Assembly (NCBI RefSeq): GCF_963921235.1
Contig: NC_086097.1
Location: 31,622,001 to 31,686,000, forward strand
Reading direction: 5' to 3'
DNA length: 64,000 bases
From: Mobula hypostoma
Lineage: Eukaryota
Shown: positions 1-62,749 of the stretch, piece by piece
Numbering within the stretch: position 1 is the stretch's first letter
Layout: the number at the start of each line of letters is the position of its first letter
Notes under the pieces: model-generated
Told to the model about the DNA's origin: nothing
Database searches by the model: none
Seen by the model: the letters and a program-made list of their open reading frames with translations, nothing else
Program-made: the position numbers and the translations under genes

Positions 1-490
1 AAATCACACCTTAGTTTTCCCTTTGGTACAAAGTAAACTCGGGTTACTTTCAACAACACACACAAACTGTTGGAGGAACTCAGCAGGGCAGGCAGCATCT
101 ATGGATAGATATAAACAGTTGATGTTTTGGGCCAAGACCCTTCATCAGGATCCCAGGTATGAAAGGGTTAATGTATGAACAGTGTTTGACAGCTCTAGGG
201 CCTGTACTCGCTGGAGTTTTGAAGAATGAGGGGGAGATTGAAACCTATTGCATATTGAAAGGACTAGAGTGGATGTAGAGAGCATATTTCCTATGGTGAG
301 CGAGTCGAGGACCAGAGGGCACAGTGCCAGAATACAAGGACATCCCTTTGAAACAGATGAAAAGGAATTTCTTTAGCCAAGGGATGGTGAATCTGTGGAA
401 TTCATTGCCACAGGTGGTTGTGGGAACCAAGTCACTGGGTATACTTAAAAAGTGTATGCCTGAGATTTGAGCTCGATATGGCTTTAATCC

Positions 491-1022
491 TGCACTAATC
501 CCTATACATGAGGTAACTAATAAAGTGGCCACTGAGTTTGTTTGTGGTCTTCTGCCTTTGTAGCCCATTCACGTCAAGGTTCAATGTTTTGTGTTTTCAG
601 TGATAGTCTTTTGCACACCACTGTTGTAATGCGTGGATTTTTGAGTTACTGTCAGCTTGAACCAATCTGGCCATTCTTGTCTGACCTTGCTCACGAACAA
701 GGTGTTTTTGGCCACAGAATTGCCACTTACTGGATGTCTTGTTTTTTGCACCATTCATTGCAAACTCTAGAGACTGTTGTGCTTGAAAATCCCAGGAAAT
801 CAGCAGTTTCTGAGATACTTAAACCACCCCATCCGGAACAATCAATCCATGGTCTAATTCACTTAGATCACATTTCATCCCTATTCTGATGTTTGGTTTG
901 AACAACAACTAAACCTCTTGACCATGTCTGCATGCTTTTATGCAATGAGTTGCTGCCACATGATTGGTGATTAGCTATTTGCATTAATGAGCAGCTGTAC
1001 CTAATAAAGATGCCGCTGAGTG
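491..1022 (-). mobile_element. Tc1/mariner non-autonomous element (TIR CACTCAGTGGCCACTTTATTAGGTAC family)
   Basis: TIR-like ends; homologous to copies at 13405-13972, 16372-16870 and 36661-36885. Confidence 0.8.
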
Positions 1023-1512
1023 TATACTTTTGATTCACAAATAAAATAAAATCAGTTAGGACATAGAATAGTACAGCACAGGAAGAGGCCCTTCAGCCCA
1101 CAATCTCTGCTCTGAACACTAAACTAAATCTCTTTTGCCAGCACATGATCCATATCCTTCCATTCCCTGACTATTCCTATTTCTGACAGCCTCTTAAAGA
1201 GCAGTACCACATCTGCTTCCACTAGCACTGCTGGCAGCCTGTTCTAGCCACACACCACTCTCTATAAAAACTTGCCCATACACTTCCTTTACAGTTTCCC
1301 CTTCTCACTTAAATGCATGTCCTCTAGTGTTTGACATTTCAAACGTGGGGAAATATTTTGGCTGTCTCTTTGTTCCATTTGTTCCCAAGACAGCATGTGA
1401 GAGTTGGTTGTGTAAAAAACTGCACATGATTCAATGCTCCTCGTAGCATTTTACTGTATGTAACATGCTGTGAGCCCTCAGTAGTTCTGGGGGCACTGAA
1501 TTCTAGGCTTAC

Positions 1513-51392
<49,880 letters not shown>

Positions 51393-51835
51393 TGCCGCCC
51401 GAGCAACCCGCCACTGAGCGATCACACTAATTGGGAGGGGACAAGGGAGAGGGGGACTGCTGCCTGCACCGAGGTTGACCAATCACAATCCAGCCACCCA
51501 CCCGTTCCGACCAATCAAGTGTTAGCTTGTGCGTGGTGCCCTCCCCACCCAGTGGCTGTGCTCGACCCGCCCGTCCGTCCATAAACCAACTAATGAACGT
51601 CCAGCCCCATTCGGCCCAATGCATCCATTCCGATCCAATAGTCTATTGAGCTGGACCCATTTGCCATGCGATTGGCCCATTATCTCACAAATCAAGGACC
51701 TATCAATCTCCGCTTTAACTATGCCCAATAATTTGCCTCTATAGATGCAGAGCCGTTAAACTCTGTCTGTATCTCGTTTTACGGCGGTTGGCATCCAGCT
51801 TAGCTGTTAAACTCTTCTCACATGTAAACCATTTC

Positions 51836-53960
51836 ATTCTGAATTGAATTGAGCTTCTTACATCCTTCATATACATGAGGAGTAAAAATCTTTATGTTAC
51901 ATCTCTGTCAAAATGTGAAAAGTGCAATTTATAGTAATTTATAATAAATATTATGTACAACAGGACAGTCAATATAACATAGAAGTATAATTGTATCAGC
52001 ATGAATTAATCAGTCTGATGGCTTGGTGGAAGAAGTTGTCCCATTGGTCCTGGTTGGAAAAAATGTTCTCAATGTCACCCTCACCCTGATGGCCAGCTTC
52101 GTGTGTGGCTGCATCAGGTTGTGTGTAGAACCCAGATATGTGGGCACCAAGTAGCATCATGTGCCCAAGTTCTACCTGTTGTCCTGGCTACGAAGGATGG
52201 GCCTGGCCCCACTACCACGCAACGCCCCAGTCAGCTGGTCGTTGCCGCCATACCTGTCCTTCGTAGAAAAGTTCTTCCAGGACAACGCCTTTGACCACAG
52301 GGCCATCAGGCAGTGGTCGGCATGAAATGTCCTGCAGGCACTGCAGGAGAAGGACGTGATGGACACAGTGGGGTGGATCCCTGTGCAGACCGTCCAGTTC
52401 ATCTGGCAAAATGCCTCATCCCCAGACCTCACCAACAGGCACCAAGGCCTCGCCTGGTTGGCGGTGAGAGGGGCCCTCCCAGTCAGATCCCTCCTGTATG
52501 CCTGGAATGTCGTCTCCACACCCCGCTGCCCACAGGAGGACTGCAGTGAGGAGGAGTCTGTCTGTGACCCACCTCTTTGCACACTGTGGGTTCACAGAGA
52601 AGGTGTGGAGGAGGATGGATGGGCTAGTGTCACGTTCCATCCCCAGCAGCTGCGTAACAGAGGACTCTCTGATCTACAGGCTGGTGCAGGGGACGCACAC
52701 AGAGACCAACATTCGGTGCTGCTGTCAGATCATCAACTCGGTGAAAGACGCTCTTTGGTCGTCCTGAAACTTGATGATCTACCAGCACATGGAGATGTCA
52801 GTGGGAGAATGCTGCCAACTGGCACATTCTTGGCTGCAGGAGTACGTGCTGAGGGACGCACTGAAAATTGGTGCAACCACCTCAAGGGCCCGATGGGGAA
52901 GGACCGCGGTTTAGGGTTCTTCTCTGGCGGGAGTGGGAGGGGTCGGGTGGCGGGGTGTATACCCCTCAACAATGGTGTGGAAAGGTGAAACAACAGAGTG
53001 CCACGTGGCTGGCTAGAAGTGTGGAAATGTATAGACCATAATGGAAACACCTGTAAAGGATTGAGAGTCATTGAATGGTTTATTGCACATAAACTTAATT
53101 TTTGAATAAGGTATATTTTGATATATTAAAAAAATTGGTCCTGGCCTTTATGCTACGGTACTGTTTCCCAGATGATAGCAGCTGGAACAGTTTGTGGTTG
53201 GGGTGACTTGGGATGCCAATGATCCTTCAAGCCCTTTTTACACACCTGTCTTTGTAAATGTCCTGAATCATGGGAAGCTGACAACTACAGATGCGCTGGG
53301 CTGTCTGCACCACTCTCTGCAGAGTCCTGCGACTAAAGGAGGTACAGTTTCCATACCAGGCAGTGATGCAGCCAGTCAGGATGCTCTCAATTTTGCCCCT
53401 GTAGAAAGTTCTTAGGATTTGGGGGCTCATACCAAACTTCTTCAACGGTTTGAGGTGAAAGAGGCACTGTTATGCCTTTTCCACCACATAGCTGGTATGT
53501 ACAGACCACGTGAAATCCTCAGTGATGTTTATGTCAAGGAACTTAAAGCTGTTCACCCTCTCAACCCCAGATCCATTGATGTCAATAGGGGTTAGCCAGT
53601 CGCCATTCCTCCTGTAGTCCACAACCAGCTCCTTTGTTTTTGCAACATTGAGGGAGAGGTTGTTTTCTTGACACCACTGTATCAAGGTGATGACTTCTTC
53701 TCTGTAGGCTGCCTCATTATTATTTGAGATTAGGCCAATCAGTGTAGTGTTGTCAGCAAATTTAATTAGCAGATTGGAGCTATGGGTGGCAGCACAGTCA
53801 TGGGTAGGCAGAGAGTAAAGGAGGGGGCTTAGTACACAGCCCTGAGGGGCATCTGTGTTGAGGGTCAGAGGGACAGAGGTTGAGGGAGGCCACTCTTACC
53901 TCTTGCTGGCAATCTGACAGGAAGTCCAGGATCCAGCTACACAAGGCAGGATGGATCATT
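51836..53960 (-). mobile_element. Rex1/Babar-like LINE 3' part (host of the Tx1 insert)
   Basis: WCQENNLSLNVAKTKELVVDYRR, FKFL, FYRGKIESILTGCITAWYGNC; (CAATT)n-like tail. Confidence 0.8.
52054..53133 (+). mobile_element. Tx1/L1-clade LINE 3' fragment
   Basis: ORF2 C-terminus with Cys/His finger (RCPQEDCSEEESV..HLFAHC..KVW), A-rich tail; TSD ATTGGTCCTGG at 52043-52053 and 53134-53144. Confidence 0.85.
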
Positions 53961-54666
53961 CTTATGCACTTCCTCTGGACCCTCTCCAATACCAGCACAT
54001 ATGGAACCTAAACTTTTCACAATGCTCCAAATGTGGTCTTTCCAATGTCTTATCAGTGTCACATTTTAGCTTTTATATGCTAGTCCTCTCGAAATGAATG
54101 GAAAGGAACAGAACACGTACTCGAGCAAGCTCAACTACTGAGGCTGGAATGACCTTTACTCTGAAACGTAGGTTGTAGGCAGCAACAATCTCCCCAGGAT
54201 CTTTGTTGGAGGTATGAGAATACAATAAATAACTAAAACAAACCTACAAAATTGGCCAAATGTGAATTACTGTGTGGAGCCTGGCCTGCCCTTGTTATTG
54301 ATGCTTTTTTTTGTGTGTATGTAACTGGGAGAGCAGATGATACCTTCATTTATTGTGTCACCTGGAGATCTTTAGTTTGTGTACCTGAGGAAGATCTCTC
54401 AGGTATAACACCTATCTGAGTAAGAAAGACAAAGGTGTTCAGCAAGACTTGTTTCTGTATCTCGTAAGAACATAGATTTATTTGAAAGGCAGTGGAATCT
54501 CAGAGTCGGAGGCCTGTGCAAGTCTGAAGTTCAGGATCCCATGATCAATTATTCCTGGGGTCCATACCAAAGGTCAAGGCCCAATGGCCGAAGCCCTGGG
54601 TTGACATGTCTGGAAGTTAGAGGCCTAATGTCTGTGAGGCAGCCTGTCTGGAGTTAGAGGCTTGAC

Positions 54667-54698
<32 letters not shown>
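54667..54698. repeat. (TG)n microsatellite
   Basis: Seen directly. Confidence 0.9.
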
Positions 54699-56670
54699 GT
54701 TGGGAGGGAGGAAAGGGGCACGTTTTTGCTGTTGTTATTATTGTTACTTGTGTTGTTCTGCTGAACCTTGTGGGCATGGTATGTTGGCGCTGGAATGTCT
54801 GGCAACTCTCGCTGGTTGCCCCCAGCACATCCTAAGGTTGAGTTGGTTGTTAATGTAAATGACACATTTTACTGTATGTTTTCCCTTATCTATGTCTGGT
54901 TTAAAGTTCAAAGAAAATTTATTTCAAAGTACATATATGTCACCGTATATAACCCTGAGATTCATTTTCTTGTAGGCATATTCAATAAATTCATTATAGA
55001 ATAATAACCATAATAGAATCAATGAAAGACTATACCAGCTTAGGCATTCAACCAGTGCAGAAGACAACAAACTGGGCAAATAAATAATAATAAGCAATAA
55101 ATATCAAGAATGTAAGATGAAAAGTCCTTGTAAGTGAGTCTATAACGTTGTGGGAGCATTTCAGTGTTGGGGTAAGTGAAGCTGAGTGAAGAGCCTTTGG
55201 TTCAAGAGCCCAATGGTTGAGGGGTCATAACTTTTATTGAATTGGTGGTGTGAGTGCTGAGACTCCTGTACCTTCTCCCTGATGGCAGTAGCGAGAAGAG
55301 AGCATGGCCTGGGTGGTGGGGATCCCTGATGATGGATGCTGCTTCCCTGTGATAGCGCTCTGTGTAGGTATGGTCTCACCAATTTAAAGGAGGCTGCACT
55401 GGCCACCACCTTTGATTCTGCCAGCAACAGTGGTCTCATCAGCAAACTTAAATATGGCATTGGAGCTGCACTGAGCCACACAGTCACAACTATAAAGTGA
55501 GTAGAGCAGAGGGCTACGTACACAGCCTTCTGCTGCACCTGTGCTGATGGGAGGAGGAGATGTTGTTGCTAATCCATAAAAAAAGGCACTGATGGTAGAT
55601 GACAAAGTTTTGTGGACAGCTTGCAGAAAAATTGCTGGATAAACATCTTCTGAACTGCTTAGTAAGTTTTAATCCAGTCTTACTTTTTGGCGTTCTTTGT
55701 ACAGACTAAGCTGACCATGCAAAGATTCTCGCACGCCCAAGTTGCCCATGCAAAATTTGTTTTTCAGTGATGCTTTGCCGTATGTGTACATCTCCAGTCA
55801 CCTTCACCTGGTGCTTCTTTCAGGGAGAAGCAAATGTTGGCAAACTCAGGGAACCCTTGCACTTTCTCTGTACCTGTAATACAGAATACTCTGCATTCTG
55901 TTTTCTTTTATCCTTCAGTACAACCTCTGTGTATTTACATACAAGACCACAGGAGCAGAATTGGGCTATTCAGCCCATTGAGTCAGTTCTACCATTCCAT
56001 CATGGCTGATTTATTTTCCCTTTCAACCTCATTATCTTCCATTCTAAATCTACCCAATGACTTGGCCCCCACGTCAGCCTGGCTAAAGAAATTCCTCCTC
56101 ACCTCCATTCTGCAGGGACATCCTTGTATTCTGAGACCCTGCCCTCTGGCCCCAGTATACATCACAAAAGCTTTCACTGTATCTCAGTACTGTACGTGTG
56201 ATAATAGTAAACCAATTACCAATTGAACAGCCAAGTGTGTTCGGGGGACTGAGTGACCAAATCCTACTCCAGATTCTTATCCTCTAAAAGTTTCCTTCTT
56301 AAGTAACCTGGTGCATCTGTGACTTTTCCAGAGAAAGCAACTGGCAACTGTCTTCAGGAATGTTCAATTGAATGTCAAATGATGTGCTAATGTCAAAAAA
56401 TACTGGCGCCCTCTCCTAGGATGACAGGAGTTGGCTTGAGAATGAATGTGAAATGCCAGAAACTGCACTATTCATCTTGGTCTGAGTCAAAGCTGAGGGG
56501 ATGTTCCAGACTGAGTGGGAGCTGTTTTACTCCAGGCCCAAATCGAGCATATTTTAACAAATTTTAAAGTTTAGAAAATGTACAGTAAAAGAAGTAAATT
56601 CATTTCTCAAGGGTTAGGATTTTGAAACCCACAGCAACACACAATAACACAAGAAAAATAGGAGCCAGGT

Positions 56671-57630
56671 TAGATAGATAGATAGATAGATATACTTTAT
56701 TGATCCCGAGGGAAATTGGGTTTTGTTACAGCCGCACCAACCAAGAATAGAGCATATATATAGCAATACAAGAACCACAAACAATCAAACAGCAAAATGC
56801 AAACTATGCCAGATGGAAAAAAGTCCAGGACTAGTCTATTGGCTCAGGGTGTCTGACCCTCCACGGGAGGAGCTGCACGTTCGATGGCCACAAGCAGGAA
56901 CGACCTCCCGTGCCGCCCAGTGTTGAATCTCGGTGGAATGTGGCCGAAGTCCAACAGTAAAAAGTTCAATATCCGGTCTACAAACATGTTCCTTGATCAT
57001 AATATGACCCAGATTGCACCATCTGTTGTTAACCAGAACAGTAAGCACCCAACTCCTTTACGCTTACCGCTCTCAGTGCACTTCCGGTCAGCCCGAACGG
57101 TCTGGAAGCCGTCCATGGAGAAGTTTTGATCAGGTATGTCCTCGTGCAGCCCCGTTCCAGTGAAACACATAACACTGCACTCCCGAAATGTTCTCTGACG
57201 CCTGGCTAGCGCTGTGAACTCGTCCATTTTATTACTCACCGAAATCCTCTTCTCCATAAGTCTCTGTTGTCTCGACCCGGTCCTCCTTCCTCGACTTTGT
57301 GATCCCCCTCTGCATCCTATGTGTGTTTTCCTCCAGATTTCAGCGGGGGTGTCCACCGCTCTGCTTGCTAACCCGGCTGGCATTAGCAGCTGGTCCCTGG
57401 AATGAATAATGCGACCAAGCTTCTGTCCCGCATGTCGGGATGTAACTATTTCCAGCACTAAAAACCCAAATAAAACTCTCTCTACCAGCATGTTAGAGAG
57501 GGTGCAGCTTCGACGTGTTACTGTGAAAAAAACCAAAAAATAACGTAAGTTAAAAAGTAAGAAGAAAAAAATAAGAATCCGATCGGAACGGCTGTAACAG
57601 GCTGCATGCACGACCGGCGCATGCGCACTA
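56671..57630 (-). mobile_element. Internally deleted Rex1/Babar-like LINE (5' end + APE N-terminus joined to 3' tail)
   Basis: NKMDEFTAL..RTFRECSVMCFTGT.LHEDIPD....DGFQTVRADR...SGKRKG endonuclease start, then the 3' tail with AATAAA and (TATC)n. Confidence 0.7.
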
Positions 57631-58601
57631 ATTATTAGGCCACTTGGTTTCTCAAGCTTGCATCACCATTCGATATAATCATGGATGATCAACCTCTGGC
57701 CTCAAATGTTCCTCAGTGCCAATTCCCCAGGAACCTCCTCTCTATTTTATCAAAACGTGATCTACATTTAGAGTCCATCACAGGAAAAGCTCCCCTCGAC
57801 ACTGAGCACATCTACAAAGAGAAACCATGCTTGAGAAACCAAGTGGCCTAATTCTGCTCCAGTTTTTTACATGGTACCTTATTGCATTCAGTTCTTGTCA
57901 CATCATCATAGGAAGAAGGCTGAGGCTTTGGAGAAGATGCTCCCCAGGATGCTGTCTGAATGAGAGGGCATGCGCAATGAGGAGAAGTTGGATAAACTTT
58001 GGTTGTTTTCTTTGGAGTGTCGGAGACTGAAGGGAGACCTGACAGAAGTATATAAAATTATGAGAGCCACAGGTAGGATAGATAGCCGGTATCTTTTAGT
58101 CATTGTCAAAATATTTAATACTTGAGAGTATGTATTTAAGGTGTGTGGGGAAAGTTCAAAGGAGATGTATGGGACAAGTTTTTTTACACAGAGATTGGTG
58201 GGTGCCTGGCATGCGCTGCCAGGGGTGGTGGTGGAGGCAGATACGATAGAGGTATTTAAGAGGCTGTTAGACAGACACATGAATGTGGAGAGAATGTAGG
58301 AATATGGACCAGGTACAGACAGAACATATTTTCTTAATTAATTCAGCATAACACAATGGGACAAAGGACATGTCTTGTGCTGTGTTTTATGTTCTAATTA
58401 CACCCAATAATCCAGCCACAATAATCCTTGGGGAGTTGGGGGCAGAGAATTGTGTAGTACAGTGAGCTCTTATCTTGTTCACCAGTTTTTTATGTGGCAC
58501 CTTATCAAATGCTTTTGGGAAAGCCAAATATATTACACCTACAGGATTCTCTCTATCTGCTTTGCTTGTCTTGTCCTTAACAAACTTCAGACTGTCAGCT
58601 T

Positions 58602-60336
58602 AACCACAAAATACTCTGCAGATGCTGGGGTCAAAGCAACACACACAACACGCTGGAGGAACTCAGCAGGTCGGGCAGCATCCATGGAAATGAACAGTCA
58701 ACATTTCGGGCCGAGACCCTTCGTCAGGACTGAAGAGGGAAGGGGCAGAGGCCCTATAAAGAAGGTAGGGGGAGGGTGGGAAGGAGAAGGCTGGTAGGTG
58801 CCAGATGAAAAACCAGTAAGGGGAAAGATCAAGGGGTGGAGGAGGGGATAGGCAGAAAAGGTGAAGAAGGAATAGGGGAAAACAGAATGGGTAGTAGAAG
58901 GAGGTGGAACCATGAGGGAGGTGATAGGCAGCTGAAGGAGGGGGCAGAGTGAAATGGGGATGGGGGAAGGGAGGGGGAGGGAATTACCGGAAGTTGGAGG
59001 ATTCAATGTTCATGCCAAGGGGCTGGAGACTACCCAGATGGTATATGAGGTGTTGCTCCTCCAACCTGAGTTTAGCCTCATCGTGGCAGTAGAGGAGGCC
59101 ATGTATGGACATATCCAAATGGGAATGTGAAGCAGAGTTGAAGTGGCTGGCAATCGGGAGATCCTGTCTGTTGTGGCAGACAGGGCGGAGGTGCTTGACG
59201 AAGCAGTCCCCCAATCTGCGTCGGTTTTCACCGATGTAGAGGAGGCCGCACCGGGAGCACCGGATGCAATAGATGACCTCAACGGACTCACAAGTGAAGT
59301 GTTGCCTCACCTGGAAGGACTGTTTGGGGCCCTGAATGGTGGCAAAAGAGGAGGTGGAGGGACAGGTGTAGCACTTAGGTTTGCAGGGATAAGTACCAGG
59401 TGGGAGATCCATGGGGAGGGACGAGTGGACCAGGGAGTCATGGAGGGAATGATCCCTGTGGAAAGTGGAGAGGGCTAGAGAGGGAAAGATGTGCTTAGTG
59501 GTGGGGTCCTGTTGAAGGTGGCGGAAGTTGCGTAGGATAATGTGCTGGATCCAGAGGCTGGTGGGGTGGTAGGTAAGGACAAGGGAAACTCTGTCCCTGT
59601 TGTGGTGACAGGAGGATGGGGTGAGGGCTGAAGTGTGGGAAATGGAGGAGATGTGGGTGAGGGCATCATTGATGACGGCAGAAGGGAAACCATGATCCTT
59701 AAAGAAAGAGGACATTTGAGATGTCCTGGAATGGAAAACCTCATCCTGGGAGCAGATGTGGCGGGGACGGAGGAACTGGGAATAGGGAATGGCATTTTTG
59801 CATGTGGCAGGGTGGGAAGAGGTATAGTCGAGGTAGTTATGAGAGTCAGTGGGCTTATAGAAGATGTTAGTGGACAGTCTGTCTCCAGAGATGGAGACCG
59901 AGAGATCGAGAAAGGGGAGAGAAGTGTCCGAGATGGACCAAGTGAATTTGAGGGCTGGGTGGAAGTTAGAAGCAAAGTTGATGAAATTGATGAGCTGAGA
60001 ATGGGTGCAGGAAGCAGCTCCAATGTAGTCGTCAATGTAGTGAAGGAAAAGTTGGGGAGCAATACCAGTATGGGTTTAGAGCACAGACTGTTCCACATAA
60101 CCAATGAAGAGGCAGGCATTGCTGGGGCCCATGCGAGTGCCCATAGCTACACCCTTGGTCTGAAGAAAGTGGGAAGAGCCAAAAGAGAAGTTATTAACTG
60201 TGAGTACCAGTTCCGCCAACCGGAGGAGGGTGGTGGTGGTGGGGAACTGGTGTGGTCTATTGTCCAGAAAGGCTTTCTTGATGGGGATTGTAAGTGTATA
60301 AGGATTGGACATCCATAGTGAAAACAAAGCAGTCGG
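58602..60336 (-). mobile_element. Penelope-like retroelement (same family), 5'-truncated, frameshifted
   Basis: RT motifs TMDVQSLYT and QTKGVAMGTRMGPS; GIY-YIG VIYCIRCSRCGLLYIGE; closely similar to the 11040-12495 copy. Probable 12-bp TSD GACTGTCA(G/A)CTT at 58590-58601 and 60337-60348. Confidence 0.92.
58694..58733 (-). ncRNA. Minimal type-I hammerhead ribozyme motif in Penelope pLTR (CpG-decayed copy)
   Basis: Minus strand reads UCAGUC CUGACGA AGGG UCUCGG CCC GAAAU GUU GACUGU: core CUGANGA/GAAA, stem II GGG/CCC, stem I CAGUC/GACUG. Confidence 0.8.
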
Positions 60337-62009
60337 GACTGTCAACTTGCCCCATTGTGGGTAACTGAAGAAATACTTTATTTGTGCAGGGGTTTGTAGA
60401 ATATTGCGGTACAGGAACAGGCACACCCCGTGTGTGCCAGCATGATGCCAAGTTAAGTTAAACCCATTTGGACATGATCCATATCCTTCCACTACCTGCC
60501 TGCTTATCTAGACACCATCATTGTGTCTGCTTCCACCACCCTGGCAGCTTGTTCAGATTTATTTATCACATGTACTTCAAAACATACAGTGAAATGCATT
60601 GTTTGTGTGAACAACCAACACAGCCTAAGGATGTGTTTTTAAATCTCGACCACTTCTTGTGGCAGCTCATTCCATACACAGTATGCAGTATACTCTGTGT
60701 GAAGAAGTTTCCCTTCCAGTTCCCATGAAAATATTGCCCTCTCACCTTAAACATGTGCCATCTAGTTCTTGAACTCCCCAACTCAGAGAAATAGACCGTG
60801 TGCATTCAGTCAGATTAATTTATTTATCACATGTACATCGAAATATACAGTGACATGTTGTGTGCTTGAGCAACTAACATGTCCAAGAATGTGCTGGGGG
60901 CAGCCCGCAAGTGTCGCCATGCATTCTCGTGCCCCCTATGCTCAGTTAAACAACACGGAGCACAGCAAGCAACACAGCAGCAACGTGAAAGCCACCACTC
61001 TCATTGCTCCGGAATTAGCCAGGTTCCTTCCTAAACCTTCCACAATTCTGAAGGTATGACTTCACTCGTGACTTGTCTACCTCTGCTCCGCTAACCTCTC
61101 TCCTTTTACCGATGCCAACAACTCATTTTCGCTGTATTGGTGCATGACAAATTGTACTATGCAATGACAATAAAGACATTTTAATTCAATTTCAATTAGT
61201 AAATGAATAACTACAGCACATTGCCCAATGTTTATTCCATTAACCACTGTGGACACATGAGACTGCAAATTCTGGATTCTGGAGCAAAAGGCGAACTGCT
61301 GGAGGAAGTTTGTTGGAGGGACTCTGTGGTTCAGGCAGCAACTGAGGAGCGAAATGGACAGCTGGTGTTTCAGGTTGAGACCCCTTATCGGGGTCTGTAA
61401 GATAGAGGACAAGGAAGGGAAAGGGTGGGCTAAGGAGCCGGCAAGATGGATCCAGGCGAGGAGAGGTGATTGGCAGATGTTGGTAGATTGGTAGGATAGT
61501 AGAAAGCATTCCAGCTTGGTATGACAACTGTTCTGCAAGAAACTGTAAAGGGTTGCGGACACAGCTCAGCACATCACAGAAACCAGCCTCCTCTCCGTGG
61601 ACTCTGTCTACACTTCCCACTGCCTCAGTAAAGCAGCCAGCATAACCAAATACCCCACCCATCCCAGAAATTCTCTCTTCTCCCCTCTCCCATCAAGCAG
61701 AAGGTACAAAAGCCTGAAAGCCTGTACCACCAGACTCAAGGATAGCTTCTACCCCATTGTTATAAGATTATTGAATGGTTCCCTCGTACGATAAGGTAGA
61801 CTCGACCTCATAGTCTACCTCATTATGACCTTGCACTTTATTGTTTACCTACACTGCACTTTCCTGTTACTGTAACACTTCATTCTGTACTCTGTTATTG
61901 TCTCACCTTGTTCTACCTCAATGCACTGTAATGTATTGATCTGTATGAACAATATGCAAGACAAACTTTTCATTGTACCTCAGTACACGAAACAATATTT
62001 TTTATAGAT

Positions 62010-62720
62010 GATTCGTGATTTTTATAAATGACCTGGATGAGGAAGTGGAGGGATGGGTTAGTAAGTATGCTGATGACACAATGGTTGGGGGTGTTGTGGA
62101 TAGTGTGGAGGGCTGTCAGAGGAATTGAATTTAGGAGCTGAGAGGTAATGTTGCAGCTATATAGGACCCTGGTCAGACCCCACTTGGAGTACTGTTCTCA
62201 TTTCTGGTCACCTCACTACAGGAAGGATGTGGAATCCATAGAAAGGGTGCAGAGGAGATTTACAAGGATGTTGCCTGGATTGGGGAGCATGCCTTATGAG
62301 AATAGGTTGAATGAACTCGGCCTTTTCTCCTTGGCGTGACGGAAGATGAGAGGTGACCTGATAGAGGTGCATAAGATGATGAGAGGCATTGATCGTGTGC
62401 ATAGTCAGAGGCTTTTTCCCAAGGCTGAAGTGGTTGCCACAAGAGGGCACAGTTTTAGGGTGCTGGGGAGTAGGTACAGAGGAGATATCAGGGGTAAGTT
62501 TTTTTTTACGTAGAGAGTGGTGAGTGCGTGGAATGGGCTGCTGGCAACGGTGGTGGAGGCGGATACGATAGGGTCTTTTAAGAGACCTTTAGATAGGTAC
62601 ATGGAGCTTAGTAAAATAGAGGGCTATAGGTAAGCATAGTCATTTCTAAGGTAGGGACATGTTCGGCACGACTCTGTGGGCGGAAGGGCCTGTATTGTGC
62701 TGTAGGTTTTCTAGGTTTCT
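62010..62720 (+). mobile_element. CR1 LINE 3' fragment with internal deletion
   Basis: YADDT followed by LYRTLVRPHLEYCSHFWSPHYRKDV; (TTTCTAGG)n tail. Confidence 0.85.
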
Positions 62721-62749
62721 AATAATGAATCAATTCCAATTCCAATTCC

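Noticed and set aside
51601..51745. Additional CCAAT boxes (51616, 51635, 51671)
   Set aside because: They lie in CR1-like 3'-end sequence, so they were not counted as promoter elements.
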